A stretch of 64,000 bases of DNA from an uncultured Planctomycetia bacterium. Its GTDB lineage: Bacteria; Omnitrophota; Gorgyraeia; 2-02-FULL-51-18. The notes beneath the pieces were generated by a model. The model was not told where the DNA came from, did no database searches, and saw nothing but the letters and a program-made list of their open reading frames with translations. The stretch covers positions 164,204 through 228,203 of the forward strand of contig CAZXLF010000003.1 in assembly GCA_964642015.1 (NCBI GenBank), given 5' to 3'. The stretch's first letter is position 1, and every line of letters begins with the position of its first letter. Both the position numbers and the translations under genes were made by a program. Positions 55,972 to 64,000 of the stretch are shown here, piece after piece.

Positions 55972-56700
55972 TTAGCCTAAAAAACCTAAAGCCTGCCCCT
56001 GCCATTTAGCTTGAAACAACGGCCCATGGCAGCCGCTCAAAGTCAGTTCAGAGCCGAATAAACCTATTCTTACCGCCATCCATCCGTTTTTTTGTCTAAT
56101 AAGACCTTCCCGTATCTTTACGGGGAGTTTTTGTGCCCGTGATCGTGATAATGAAAAATAAAGATGCGCTTTAAAAAGCCTCTTTCCGCTGAAACCCATC
56201 ATACCTTTTAAAGCAAAATCCGGCGATTCGCATCTAAATATCCGGACCGTCATTTCGGAACCATTTTGAGATAGACCAACAACGAGTCTCCGAACCGACA
56301 GATCCTCTTTAAAACTTGCCGACGCAGGCCATGAGCCCAATAAACCCTGGGATAAATAAGGCCCTCCGAGTCTAATATTATGGACATCAATAACCATTGA
56401 TGATGGTTTCAAAAATACAATAGTTCCATCGCCAGTAAAGATCCGTTGTTTTTGTTGATTTCCAAATATTTCTAAGCTGTCAAAGAAAAATTTTGACCAA
56501 TGAAATATTTTTGTTTTTTTACTGTGGACCGAAAGGCCAGTGCGACCGCTCAACGATTTCGATACAACCAGATCAACGAGCGGGCCCTGCAAAGGGATAA
56601 GAAAACCTAATCCATAAAATAAGATTAAGATGATAGTGACGGCGAAAAAAACGCGAACTAGATATTTGACGATAGAGCTTTTAGCCCAGGTGAGACGCAA
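55972..56700 (-). CDS. Hypothetical membrane-anchored protein
   Basis: N-terminal TM helix. No family recognised. Confidence 0.4.
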   Translation of the reverse strand: MRLTWAKSSIVKYLVRVFFAVTIILILFYGLGFLIPLQGPLVDLVVSKSLSGRTGLSVHSKKTKIFHWSKFFFDSLEIFGNQQKQRIFTGDGTIVFLKPSSMVIDVHNIRLGGPYLSQGLLGSWPASASFKEDLSVRRLVVGLSQNGSEMTVRIFRCESPDFALKGMMGFSGKRLFKAHLYFSLSRSRAQKLPVKIREGLIRQKNGWMAVRIGLFGSELTLSGCHGPLFQAKWQGQALGFLG

Positions 56701-56941
56701 GAGATTTCAGATCTTTCTTATTCAGCGCACATGAGTATCCGACCGTAGAAGAAGTGCGGTGTGCTTTTAGAAATCCGACGGCCACCAGATCCTCCAGCGC
56801 AGCTGTCACTTTTTTTATATTTTCATTCGTCCACGTGGCAAGTCCGCGAGGCGTATCCACGCTGCCTTGATTTTCGGCAAAAAAAGCGATCAATTTCCGA
56901 TGGACTTTGGATTTCATGAAACGCTCTATCTCAGGACGCAT
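56681..56941 (-). CDS. Small hypothetical protein (possible winged-helix)
   Basis: 86-aa ORF in the operon. Weak wHTH-like pattern. Confidence 0.3.
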   Translation of the reverse strand: MRPEIERFMKSKVHRKLIAFFAENQGSVDTPRGLATWTNENIKKVTAALEDLVAVGFLKAHRTSSTVGYSCALNKKDLKSLASHLG

Positions 56942-58481
56942 TTTTCAAAAACCTTTGTATCCCCTCTTTTTCCACCACTGACACAAAAACGTCCACGATC
57001 TTGGGATCAAATTGAGTGCCCTTATTTTTCACGATCTCGTCCAGCGCTTCCCGTATGGATGCGCGGTTTCGGTAAGGTCTGCCAATAATAAGCGCTTCAA
57101 ACGCATTGATGACCGCCAGTATTCTGGCGCCGATAGGAATCTTTTCCCCTTTCAAACCCCTGGGATAACCGGTGCCGTCAAATTTTTCTCGCGAATACAA
57201 AATAATAGGCACAACCGGCTTGAGGCTTTCGAAAGACTGCACGATCTTTGCGCCTTTAATCGGATGTTCCCTGAGTAAACGGTATTCCTCCCCAGTAAGT
57301 TTCGTAGGTTTCTTTAAAATATCATCCGGGATACCAATCTTGGCTGTATCTTTCAACAGCGTCGCATAATGAAGAGCCTGCACCTCTTCCTCGGTTAACT
57401 TAAGTTCCTGCGCAATGTTCAAAGCCAATCTTAAGAATGCCTCCGGAGAAGTAAGATTGGGCATACGTGTCCCCAGAATAACCGCGAGCGACTGAATGGT
57501 GCCGAGCGTAACGCGTTTTTGTTCTTCGTAAAGCTGGGCATTCTTAATGGCTATCACAGCTTCTTCGGCCAACGTCGTCAATATTTCCTGATCAAAATAC
57601 GTAAAGCCCTTTTTGTCTTTCTTATACGAGACCGTCAAAACACCGATCGTATCCTCGTCGATCAAAGGGATGCAGATCATCTTTTTTCTTAAAACAATCT
57701 GAGCTGTTTTAGCCACTTTTCCCTCTACCCCGCTGCCGACAACGATGCGAAAGCCCGGCGCCTGATGCTTCGGATAACCGACAAGCGCCTTGCAGATCAG
57801 ATGCTCTTGTTTTTTTCTGGCATCCATGCGATTCGAGCGCATTCCGTTCTGCGGTTCCTTCGAAGGTGTTTCGAAAATATAGATCGCGCAACGATTCGTG
57901 CGCAAGACCTGCGTCGTTAAATGGGCTAGTCTTGAGATCAGCTCATCCAGATTCAACGTCGAATTAATGATGCGGTGCACAGTATGCACCGTAGAAAGAG
58001 CGATGGCTCTGGGACGTATGGTAGCGGAAAGCCGTTCAAGCTCCTCTTTTTTAGAACAGTTATCAATAATAAGTTGAACGCAGCCGGATAAAAGATTTAA
58101 AATTTCATGACGAGTTCCTTTTGCAATTCCGATAAGGCCGAAATAGCCGATAATCCTGCCACCAACGACCAAAGGCACACAAAAATTGAGACTGTCTTTT
58201 GGCGCGCTGAATAAAAATGACCTTCTCTCTTTTGATCTTTTTTTGATCGCTTGATAAATGAGCGCGGAGGACCGGAATTTTTTGATGCGCGGATCGTTCC
58301 AGATCGCATAGGATGAATCGATGGATCTTTTGAATGATCCGACGCTTCCGTTCAGCTTGAACGAAACCCACCATAGCGGATGGCCCAGCAGGAAATCAAA
58401 AGAGACTCTGAAAATCCTTAAGTTTTCATGCTGAACAAAATAGTCAAATATTTCACGGTCATTTGTGATGGTCGTCTTCAT
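56931..58481 (-). CDS. GAF-domain protein with C-terminal degenerate HD-GYP domain
   Basis: GYP box intact (FDGTGYPRGL) and the KIGIPD motif present. HD is replaced by KD (LLKDTAKIGIPD) and HHE by YSRE. Confidence 0.7.
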   Translation of the reverse strand: MKTTITNDREIFDYFVQHENLRIFRVSFDFLLGHPLWWVSFKLNGSVGSFKRSIDSSYAIWNDPRIKKFRSSALIYQAIKKRSKERRSFLFSAPKDSLNFCVPLVVGGRIIGYFGLIGIAKGTRHEILNLLSGCVQLIIDNCSKKEELERLSATIRPRAIALSTVHTVHRIINSTLNLDELISRLAHLTTQVLRTNRCAIYIFETPSKEPQNGMRSNRMDARKKQEHLICKALVGYPKHQAPGFRIVVGSGVEGKVAKTAQIVLRKKMICIPLIDEDTIGVLTVSYKKDKKGFTYFDQEILTTLAEEAVIAIKNAQLYEEQKRVTLGTIQSLAVILGTRMPNLTSPEAFLRLALNIAQELKLTEEEVQALHYATLLKDTAKIGIPDDILKKPTKLTGEEYRLLREHPIKGAKIVQSFESLKPVVPIILYSREKFDGTGYPRGLKGEKIPIGARILAVINAFEALIIGRPYRNRASIREALDEIVKNKGTQFDPKIVDVFVSVVEKEGIQRFLKNAS

Positions 58482-58484
58482 CGC

Positions 58485-59654
58485 TCAAACTTTCTCAAAA
58501 GGCTCAAAAAACTTTCTATACTCATCTTGCGCGTACCGGTCTGTCATTCCCGCTAAATAGTCACAAATAACACGATGAGCCCCTTCCTGCTTCAAACGTT
58601 TCTGACTGCCTGGCGGCAGCTGTTCAGGGCTGGATAAATAAACCTCAAAAAGCGCGCGGATAAACCGTCTCGCCTTATCGGTCATACGCACCACACGATA
58701 ATGACGGTAAAGCCTGGTCTTGAGAAATTGCCTCAGCTCGTCTCTTTTTCCGGCCAATTCGGAACCGAAAGAGATCGTGAATTTCTCAAGCCCCATGGAA
58801 TCCTGCGGATTTTTGATCTTGTATTTTATAATGTTCCTCGACGATTGTTCAATCAAATCCGTGACTTCAAGGTTGATCAGCCCACGGATGATCTGGTAGC
58901 GCCTGACCTCAGGTTTTACCCCGGAAGGAAGTTTCGTGCTCTTTTTTACTGACTTCCAAAGCGTAATCCCGTCAAGCTCCGACTCGGTTATGAGTCCTGA
59001 GGTTAAACCATCGTCAAGATCGTGATTATCATACGCGATCTCATCGGCAAGATCCACCACCTGCGATTCAAGCGAAGGAGAATTGAAATGTTCAAAATCT
59101 CCCATCCCGCGTGACTCCGCTTCTTTCAAAAGTTCAGGATGCTTAAACAGACCGGTCCTGGATTCGTAAGTAAGATTAAGGCCCCGAAACGCAGGGTACC
59201 GCTCCTCCAAATAATCAACGACCCGCAAACTTTGGAGATTATGGTCAAAACCCCCGTGATCGGCCATCAACTCGCGCAATTCATCTTCGCCTGCGTGCCC
59301 AAAGGGTGTGTGCCCGAGATCATGGGCCAAAGTGATGGTTTCCACCAGATCTGAGTTCAATCTCAACATTCTAGCGATGACACGAGCGATCTGATTGGCT
59401 TCCAGAGAATGCGTAAGTCGTGTTCTATAATAATCGCCTTCGTGATTCACAAATACTTGCGTCTTATATTCAAGACGCCTGAATGCAGAGCTATGGATAA
59501 TGCGGTCACGGTCGCGTTGAAAAGCGGTGCGGTATGGGTGTTCTTTTTCGGGGTAGACTCGTCCATGACTTTGAGCGCTTTTGGCCGCATACGGCGCCAA
59601 CATTCTCGACTCTTGCCTTTCGAGCTCTGACCTACTGATCAATGCGTTCGGCAT
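58485..59654 (-). CDS. dGTPase-like dNTP triphosphohydrolase (HD domain)
   Basis: HSLEANQI ... LAHDLGHTPFGH HD motif. The start is placed at the Met at 59654 to avoid a 94-bp overlap with the HIT gene. Confidence 0.8.
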   Translation of the reverse strand: MPNALISRSELERQESRMLAPYAAKSAQSHGRVYPEKEHPYRTAFQRDRDRIIHSSAFRRLEYKTQVFVNHEGDYYRTRLTHSLEANQIARVIARMLRLNSDLVETITLAHDLGHTPFGHAGEDELRELMADHGGFDHNLQSLRVVDYLEERYPAFRGLNLTYESRTGLFKHPELLKEAESRGMGDFEHFNSPSLESQVVDLADEIAYDNHDLDDGLTSGLITESELDGITLWKSVKKSTKLPSGVKPEVRRYQIIRGLINLEVTDLIEQSSRNIIKYKIKNPQDSMGLEKFTISFGSELAGKRDELRQFLKTRLYRHYRVVRMTDKARRFIRALFEVYLSSPEQLPPGSQKRLKQEGAHRVICDYLAGMTDRYAQDEYRKFFEPFEKV

Positions 59655-59656
59655 GC

Positions 59657-60154
59657 TTAGGAAAGTAGACGGCTTCGTAAATTCTTTAAAGATTCCGAAA
59701 TCACTTTGTTTCCGGATAGGACAGGCATGAAATTCGTATCTCCGTTCCAACGGGGCACAACATGCAGATGAATATGTTTGTCATACCCGGCTCCAGCAGC
59801 TCGCCCCACATTAAAGCCCATATTAAACCCGTGAGGTTTTAGCTTTTTTTCTAATTGCAAAACGGCCTTGTTCGCCATTTCGAACAATTCTACCATCTCC
59901 TGTTTTGATAGTAACGTAGTACTTTTCAAATGCCGGTACGGCGCGATCATCAAATGGCCGTTATTATAAGGGTAAAGATTGAGCATGGTATAAACCGTTT
60001 TTCCGCGCCAAACAATAAGGTTTTTTATATCATTTCGGGAGCGCGGTTTCTGACAAAAAATACAACCCTTGGCTTTGGGATGATAAATGAAACGGTCACG
60101 CCACGGCGCCCAGAGCTGTTTAAAAGATGTTGTCGCCGGATTAGGCAGACCCAT
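59657..60154 (-). CDS. HIT-family nucleotide hydrolase/transferase
   Basis: Histidine triad HIHLHVVP and the CIFCQ zinc-motif region. Confidence 0.75.
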   Translation of the reverse strand: MGLPNPATTSFKQLWAPWRDRFIYHPKAKGCIFCQKPRSRNDIKNLIVWRGKTVYTMLNLYPYNNGHLMIAPYRHLKSTTLLSKQEMVELFEMANKAVLQLEKKLKPHGFNMGFNVGRAAGAGYDKHIHLHVVPRWNGDTNFMPVLSGNKVISESLKNLRSRLLS

Positions 60155-61811
60155 GTTTCTTAGGATGAACGTGGATAATCGGGGATTTTCCAAAGATGTC
60201 CATCAGCATATTGATCCTCGAAAGACCTAAGGTGAACACCCTTTTTTCTTTAGCAAGCAGTTTTGCGTTCTCATCAGCGCCGCTCAACGCCACGAGCACT
60301 TTTGTGGCAACATTGCGTTTTTCAAAAGAGTCATGATTGACAAGTTCCAAAACCTCTTTCTCACTGGCTTTTTCCTCAACGATCTTACACACCCAACAGC
60401 GACCATGCCCTTTAGCGATCACATTCTTCGCGGATCCTTTCAAGTTCGAGGCAGTTTCTCCGGATTTGATAAATTCAGTAAAATGAGGCAGCTTTCTTTT
60501 CTTCTCTCCAAAATCCACGATCTCATTTTTGAATTGAGAGAAAAGTCCCAGTACACGGTCCGTCATATCCATTCTGAGAAGCTGGTCATATTCAGAGATC
60601 ATCTGGTCAATGCGTGTTAAAAACTGCTCTGCGCCGCCAGAAGAACCAAGTAGCGAGAGTTCTTTTTTCTCATAGACTTCGTGAAGCCAAAATTTAAAAA
60701 TTTTATTATGAAATCGATAGAACACCCCTGTCTTAATAATGAGCTCGTGTTCGATCAATTCCTCAATTTGCCTTGACGTTTCACGTTGATTCCGACGGAT
60801 CAGCGCCGAAAGATCTTTGAGTTTATTCACGCCGCCGGCCATCCCGGTAAGAATTAAAAGATGACTCCCGCGCGAATCAGCCCTCGTCCATGGCGTAAGC
60901 GTCTTTAAGAAAAACTGATTGAGAACTCCCTGTGATTCGAAAAAAAGTTTCAGAAATACCTGCGATATTGTTTGTCTTGAAACTTCGGCCTCACTCTTCA
61001 GACTTGAGAGGTCTCGGATACGGTTAGCTATCGTATCCAGGAAGAATGGCTGGCCATCCGTAAAAGCCACAAGAAAATATCTAAGGTTTAGAGGAATGGT
61101 TATTGGGGCTAGTTTTTTCTCTAAAAAATCGAATGATGTTTCAAAATCAAACGGTTCCAAATAGATCCGTTCGAAATTCCCAAATAGAAGCGAGAGTTTT
61201 TCGGCAAGGATCTTTCTGCTAGCTGAGAATGAAGAACTTGAAAGCAGATACATCGTGTCCTTCTGGACCATGATGCGTTTGCCAAAGTTCGAAAATGTAT
61301 TCTTGATCCCAAACTCTCCTAGTCGGTGAAATTCATCCAAAATGACGATGCAGTGTTTCCCCGTTTCCTGCTTGATCACCGAAGTCAGCTCAAAAAGTCT
61401 AGAATACGCCTCTTCGGCATGTCTTTGTTTCAAAAGATTGACAATCTCATGAATACGCTGAGCTGTTGCAGGAATATAGCGCCCGGCCTTCTCCGTAAGA
61501 CTTTGCAGAGAATCGGTCATCGGCACTTCTTGTTTTTGTATAAGGAATTGAAGCAGTAAAGAACGGATGAATTGCTCAACAAAATAATCAAGCGCCTGGA
61601 TCTTGATCTCCACATATACGCACAGCATATCCGGATCGCGAAAAATATGAAGAAAATGCCTCAGCAAAGACGTTTTACCCAGCTGCTGATGGCCAATGAT
61701 CGCTATATTTTGACGGTAACCTGATTTAAGAGCATTCGCTCTTTTAAGGATGAGATCGATTATCTCCTGCCGGCCAAAGAAATCTTCGCCGACCACCGGG
61801 TCGCTAAACAT
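60141..61811 (-). CDS. AAA+ ATPase of the Arch_ATPase/DUF234-like type
   Basis: Walker A GHQQLGKTSLL, Walker B CIVILDEFH, long helical C-terminal region. Confidence 0.65.
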   Translation of the reverse strand: MFSDPVVGEDFFGRQEIIDLILKRANALKSGYRQNIAIIGHQQLGKTSLLRHFLHIFRDPDMLCVYVEIKIQALDYFVEQFIRSLLLQFLIQKQEVPMTDSLQSLTEKAGRYIPATAQRIHEIVNLLKQRHAEEAYSRLFELTSVIKQETGKHCIVILDEFHRLGEFGIKNTFSNFGKRIMVQKDTMYLLSSSSFSASRKILAEKLSLLFGNFERIYLEPFDFETSFDFLEKKLAPITIPLNLRYFLVAFTDGQPFFLDTIANRIRDLSSLKSEAEVSRQTISQVFLKLFFESQGVLNQFFLKTLTPWTRADSRGSHLLILTGMAGGVNKLKDLSALIRRNQRETSRQIEELIEHELIIKTGVFYRFHNKIFKFWLHEVYEKKELSLLGSSGGAEQFLTRIDQMISEYDQLLRMDMTDRVLGLFSQFKNEIVDFGEKKRKLPHFTEFIKSGETASNLKGSAKNVIAKGHGRCWVCKIVEEKASEKEVLELVNHDSFEKRNVATKVLVALSGADENAKLLAKEKRVFTLGLSRINMLMDIFGKSPIIHVHPKKHGSA

Positions 61812-61867
61812 AAGGTTTAACCTTGAATAATTTTAAAAGAGCTGAATCCCGTGTTCTGTGCGAATGA

Positions 61868-62386
61868 TCAACCGCTTAAATAAGGCAACGGGTCTTCAGT
61901 CTTTAGATTTTTTCTTAACTCAAAATACAAATTTGAACAAAAACTCTTTGCTTCTTTTCCGGCTCTGGCGATTTCGTCGCCTCGCCGAACTTTCTGACCC
62001 ACCAAAACCAGGATTTCCGAATTTCTGGCGTACACGGTTGAATATTGATCATCATGTTCTAAAATGACCGTTTGACCATAACCCTTTAAATTCGGGTCCA
62101 CCAAAACCACAACGCCGTCACGCGATGCTACAACCTTGTCGGAGACCTGCGATTCTATCATCACGCCGTTCATCGGAACGCCGTCCTGAAATGAACCGTA
62201 CCGGGAGACCACTCGGCCCTGCAAAGGCCACAAAAAACTTGGAATTTCAGTTAGTCTATTTCCCGATCGAAAGCTTTCAACGTGATGGTTATGATACTCT
62301 CCGGTAGCGCAACCCGTCAAAAAAAATATCATACTTACCAGAAAAATCTGAAATATTTTATTGACAATGAGATTACTTTTTATCAC
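61868..62386 (-). CDS. Lipoprotein with degenerate LytM (M23-like) domain (EnvC/NlpD-type activator-like)
   Basis: Lipobox LTGC. LytM fold with the Zn ligands replaced: MNGVM for HxGxD, and NLYFE for HLHFE. Confidence 0.55.
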   Translation of the reverse strand: MIKSNLIVNKIFQIFLVSMIFFLTGCATGEYHNHHVESFRSGNRLTEIPSFLWPLQGRVVSRYGSFQDGVPMNGVMIESQVSDKVVASRDGVVVLVDPNLKGYGQTVILEHDDQYSTVYARNSEILVLVGQKVRRGDEIARAGKEAKSFCSNLYFELRKNLKTEDPLPYLSG

Positions 62387-62411
62387 TGATTTTATTTACA
62401 AACATACAAAT

Positions 62412-62485
62412 TGGAGCGGGTGACGGGAATCGAACCCGTATCTAAAGCTTGGGAAGCTTTCATTCTACCACTGAACTACACCCGC
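62412..62485 (-). tRNA. tRNA-Gly (anticodon CCC)
   Basis: Reverse complement GCGGGTGTAGTTCAGTGGTAGAA ... has a 7-bp acceptor stem and an anticodon loop UUCCCAA on an AAAGC/GCTTT stem. T-arm GGGTTCGATTCCC and a 3' CCA are present. Confidence 0.9.
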
Positions 62486-62487
62486 GG

Positions 62488-63396
62488 TCAGAACTTTGTG
62501 ATCTTCTTGAATTGCCGGTAACGCTGCTGAATTTCTTTCGGCTTAAGCTTTAGAAGCCTGTTTAAACTAAAGCTCTCGACATTATAAGATGCCAGCACGC
62601 TGCCATGGATGACCGCTTCCCGGACGGCCTGCTCGTTCAACCGCGGTGAACGGGTCAAATAACCCATGAACCCCCCGGCAAAGGTATCTCCCGCGCCTGT
62701 CGGGTCGAAAATATTTTCCAATAAATATGCCGGCGCGATAAACAAAAACTTTCTGGAAAAACAGACGACCCCGTGCTCGCCTTTTTTGATGACCAAAAGA
62801 CGAGGCCCGCGGTCCAAGATCCACCTGGCGCATTGGATCAAATTATATTCACCGGCCAATTGCCTGGCTTCATTATCATTGCACAGAAAAATATCGACTT
62901 TCTTCAGAAGTTTAAGCAGTGTGTCTTTTTTATTCTGTATCCAGTAATTCATCGTATCACATGCTGTCAAAACGGGCTTTTTGGCTTGGGACAACACGGA
63001 CAATTGAAGCTCCGGATCAATATTCGCCAAGAATACAAATTCACAGCTCTTATTTTTTTCGGATATGATCGGATTAAAATTCTGGAATACATTCAATTCT
63101 GTTTTTAAAGTTTGGGCGTTGTTCAAATCGTAGTCGTAAAAACCTTTCCATCGAAAAGTTTTTCCGTGAGCGATCTTGATGTCTTTGGTGTCAACGCCTA
63201 AAGCTTTGATCAGTTCCAAATACTTTGGCGGAAAATCTTGGCCAACAACCGCAACGACCGACACTGGAGAAAAAAATCGGGCGCTCGCGGAAAAAAATGT
63301 TGCCGATCCGCCGAGCGCATCCCTGACTTCTCCAAAAGGAGTTTTGACACTATCAAGCGCCACAGAACCGACAGCTAGAATACGTTTGGAATTCAT
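62488..63396 (-). CDS. PfkB-family carbohydrate/nucleoside kinase
   Basis: DPTGAGDTFAGGF catalytic motif and an N-terminal GG dipeptide region. Confidence 0.8.
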   Translation of the reverse strand: MNSKRILAVGSVALDSVKTPFGEVRDALGGSATFFSASARFFSPVSVVAVVGQDFPPKYLELIKALGVDTKDIKIAHGKTFRWKGFYDYDLNNAQTLKTELNVFQNFNPIISEKNKSCEFVFLANIDPELQLSVLSQAKKPVLTACDTMNYWIQNKKDTLLKLLKKVDIFLCNDNEARQLAGEYNLIQCARWILDRGPRLLVIKKGEHGVVCFSRKFLFIAPAYLLENIFDPTGAGDTFAGGFMGYLTRSPRLNEQAVREAVIHGSVLASYNVESFSLNRLLKLKPKEIQQRYRQFKKITKF

Positions 63397-63947
63397 TTTG
63401 ACCTCATCTTGTTTACCAAGTAGGCGGCTGCTTTTCTTGGCTCGGGGCTTCCCATGACCGCTTTGACGACCGCAACGGCCTTTGCGCCCGCTTTTTTTAC
63501 AAGCACAACATTCTTTCCGTTGATGCCGCCAATCGCGACAAACGGGATCCGAATCTTTTTAGCCGCAAACCGGACAAGCTTGAGTCCCGCGGGTCTGTAA
63601 GAAGGTTTTGTGGGTGTTTTAAAAACCGGGCCGATACCGATATAATCAAAACCTTCTTTTTGCGCATTCAGCGCCTGAACTTTTGAATGTGTCGATCGCC
63701 CGATGATCGCATTTCTTCCAAGGATCTTTCTTGCATCCTTGAGCGTGCCGTCTTCTTGTCCCAAGTGAACGCCGTCCGCGCCTGAAAGTTTAGCGACCCG
63801 GATGCGATCATTAATAACAAGAGGTATGCGAGCCGGGCGAGTCAATTGAAGAAGCTGTTTGGCCTGCCGAATAAGCTGTGTGTCCGTGGCGGACTTATCT
63901 CTCAATTGAATAACGCTGGCGCCGCCCTTTAAAGACTCTCTGACCAC
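63393..63947 (-). CDS. thiE: Thiamine-phosphate synthase
   Basis: ThiE pattern (IQLRDK, LVINDR, DGVHLGQED, IGIGPVF). Confidence 0.8.
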   Translation of the reverse strand: MVRESLKGGASVIQLRDKSATDTQLIRQAKQLLQLTRPARIPLVINDRIRVAKLSGADGVHLGQEDGTLKDARKILGRNAIIGRSTHSKVQALNAQKEGFDYIGIGPVFKTPTKPSYRPAGLKLVRFAAKKIRIPFVAIGGINGKNVVLVKKAGAKAVAVVKAVMGSPEPRKAAAYLVNKMRSK

Positions 63948-64000
63948 ATCAACAAGCTTTCTTTCCCCGATCGCTTGAGGATCAGTTATGACGTAGAGAT

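Noticed and set aside
59655-59750. Longer dGTPase start at 59750, overlapping the HIT gene by 94 bp.
   Set aside because: The internal Met at 59654 removes the overlap and still precedes the conserved N-terminal helix.
1-64000. Scan for CRISPR arrays, IS elements, integrases, and prophage or defence-island hallmarks.
   Set aside because: I found no regularly spaced direct repeats, no transposase, integrase or recombinase-like ORFs, and no terminal inverted repeats. The only tRNA (62412..62485) has no adjacent integrase. The window looks like core chromosome.

Overview
This is a densely coded, mostly syntenic stretch of a bacterial chromosome, probably from an uncultivated lineage, of moderate GC content. 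I saw no transposases, integrases, CRISPR arrays or rRNA genes, and one tRNA, tRNA-Gly(CCC), near the 3' end.

Features from 5' to 3':
- 3..1781: a truncated UvrD-family helicase.
- 1796..13026: a tightly, largely translationally coupled plus-strand operon. It encodes an MFS transporter, a membrane-anchored HEAT-repeat protein, a Tat-exported Rieske protein, a split cytochrome b (b6-like N half plus a subunit-IV-like C half), a 951-aa membrane-anchored octaheme c-type cytochrome, a candidate blue-copper cupredoxin, heme A synthase (CtaA), heme O synthase (CtaB), two small membrane proteins and a 2x[4Fe-4S] ferredoxin.
- 12965..20040: divergently transcribed gshB and gshA, an ABC-2 exporter pair, a HAD hydrolase, an inositol monophosphatase, a PaaI thioesterase, a 59-aa 4-OT tautomerase missed by the ORF track, an ACT protein and an SNase-like nuclease.
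- 20041..21076: a cspA with a long leader, followed by a PilZ gene.
- 21186..26459: three minus-strand pilin-like genes, including a 680-aa prepilin-type protein and a PilX-like protein, plus an outer-membrane beta-barrel protein.
- 26759..40492: housekeeping genes, namely nth-like, OCD/mu-crystallin, nadE, a PTPS-like gene, folE, yajQ, sucD, sucC, mdh, a methyltransferase, a YqeY-family gene, secreted proteins and an M23 peptidase.
- 41537..51446: a long minus-strand lipid-catabolic operon. It runs from an excisionase-type HTH gene through PilZ, a hypothetical, a small basic protein, PilZ, a cNMP-binding patatin phospholipase, fadA, fadB and an acyl-CoA synthetase to a lysophospholipase-like hydrolase.
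- 52170..53569: a GspA/ExeA-like ATPase with a GspB-like partner.
- 53586..61811: a long minus-strand run containing aroB, csaA, a SPOR protein, a GAF protein with a degenerate HD-GYP domain, a dGTPase-like gene, a HIT protein and an Arch-type AAA ATPase.
- 61868..63947: a degenerate-LytM lipoprotein, the tRNA, a PfkB kinase and thiE.

c-di-GMP receptor-type proteins recur across the window: three PilZ proteins, YajQ and the inactive-looking HD-GYP. I also call several intrinsic terminators, a structured ~160-nt leader, and a terminator-like hairpin inside the cspA leader.
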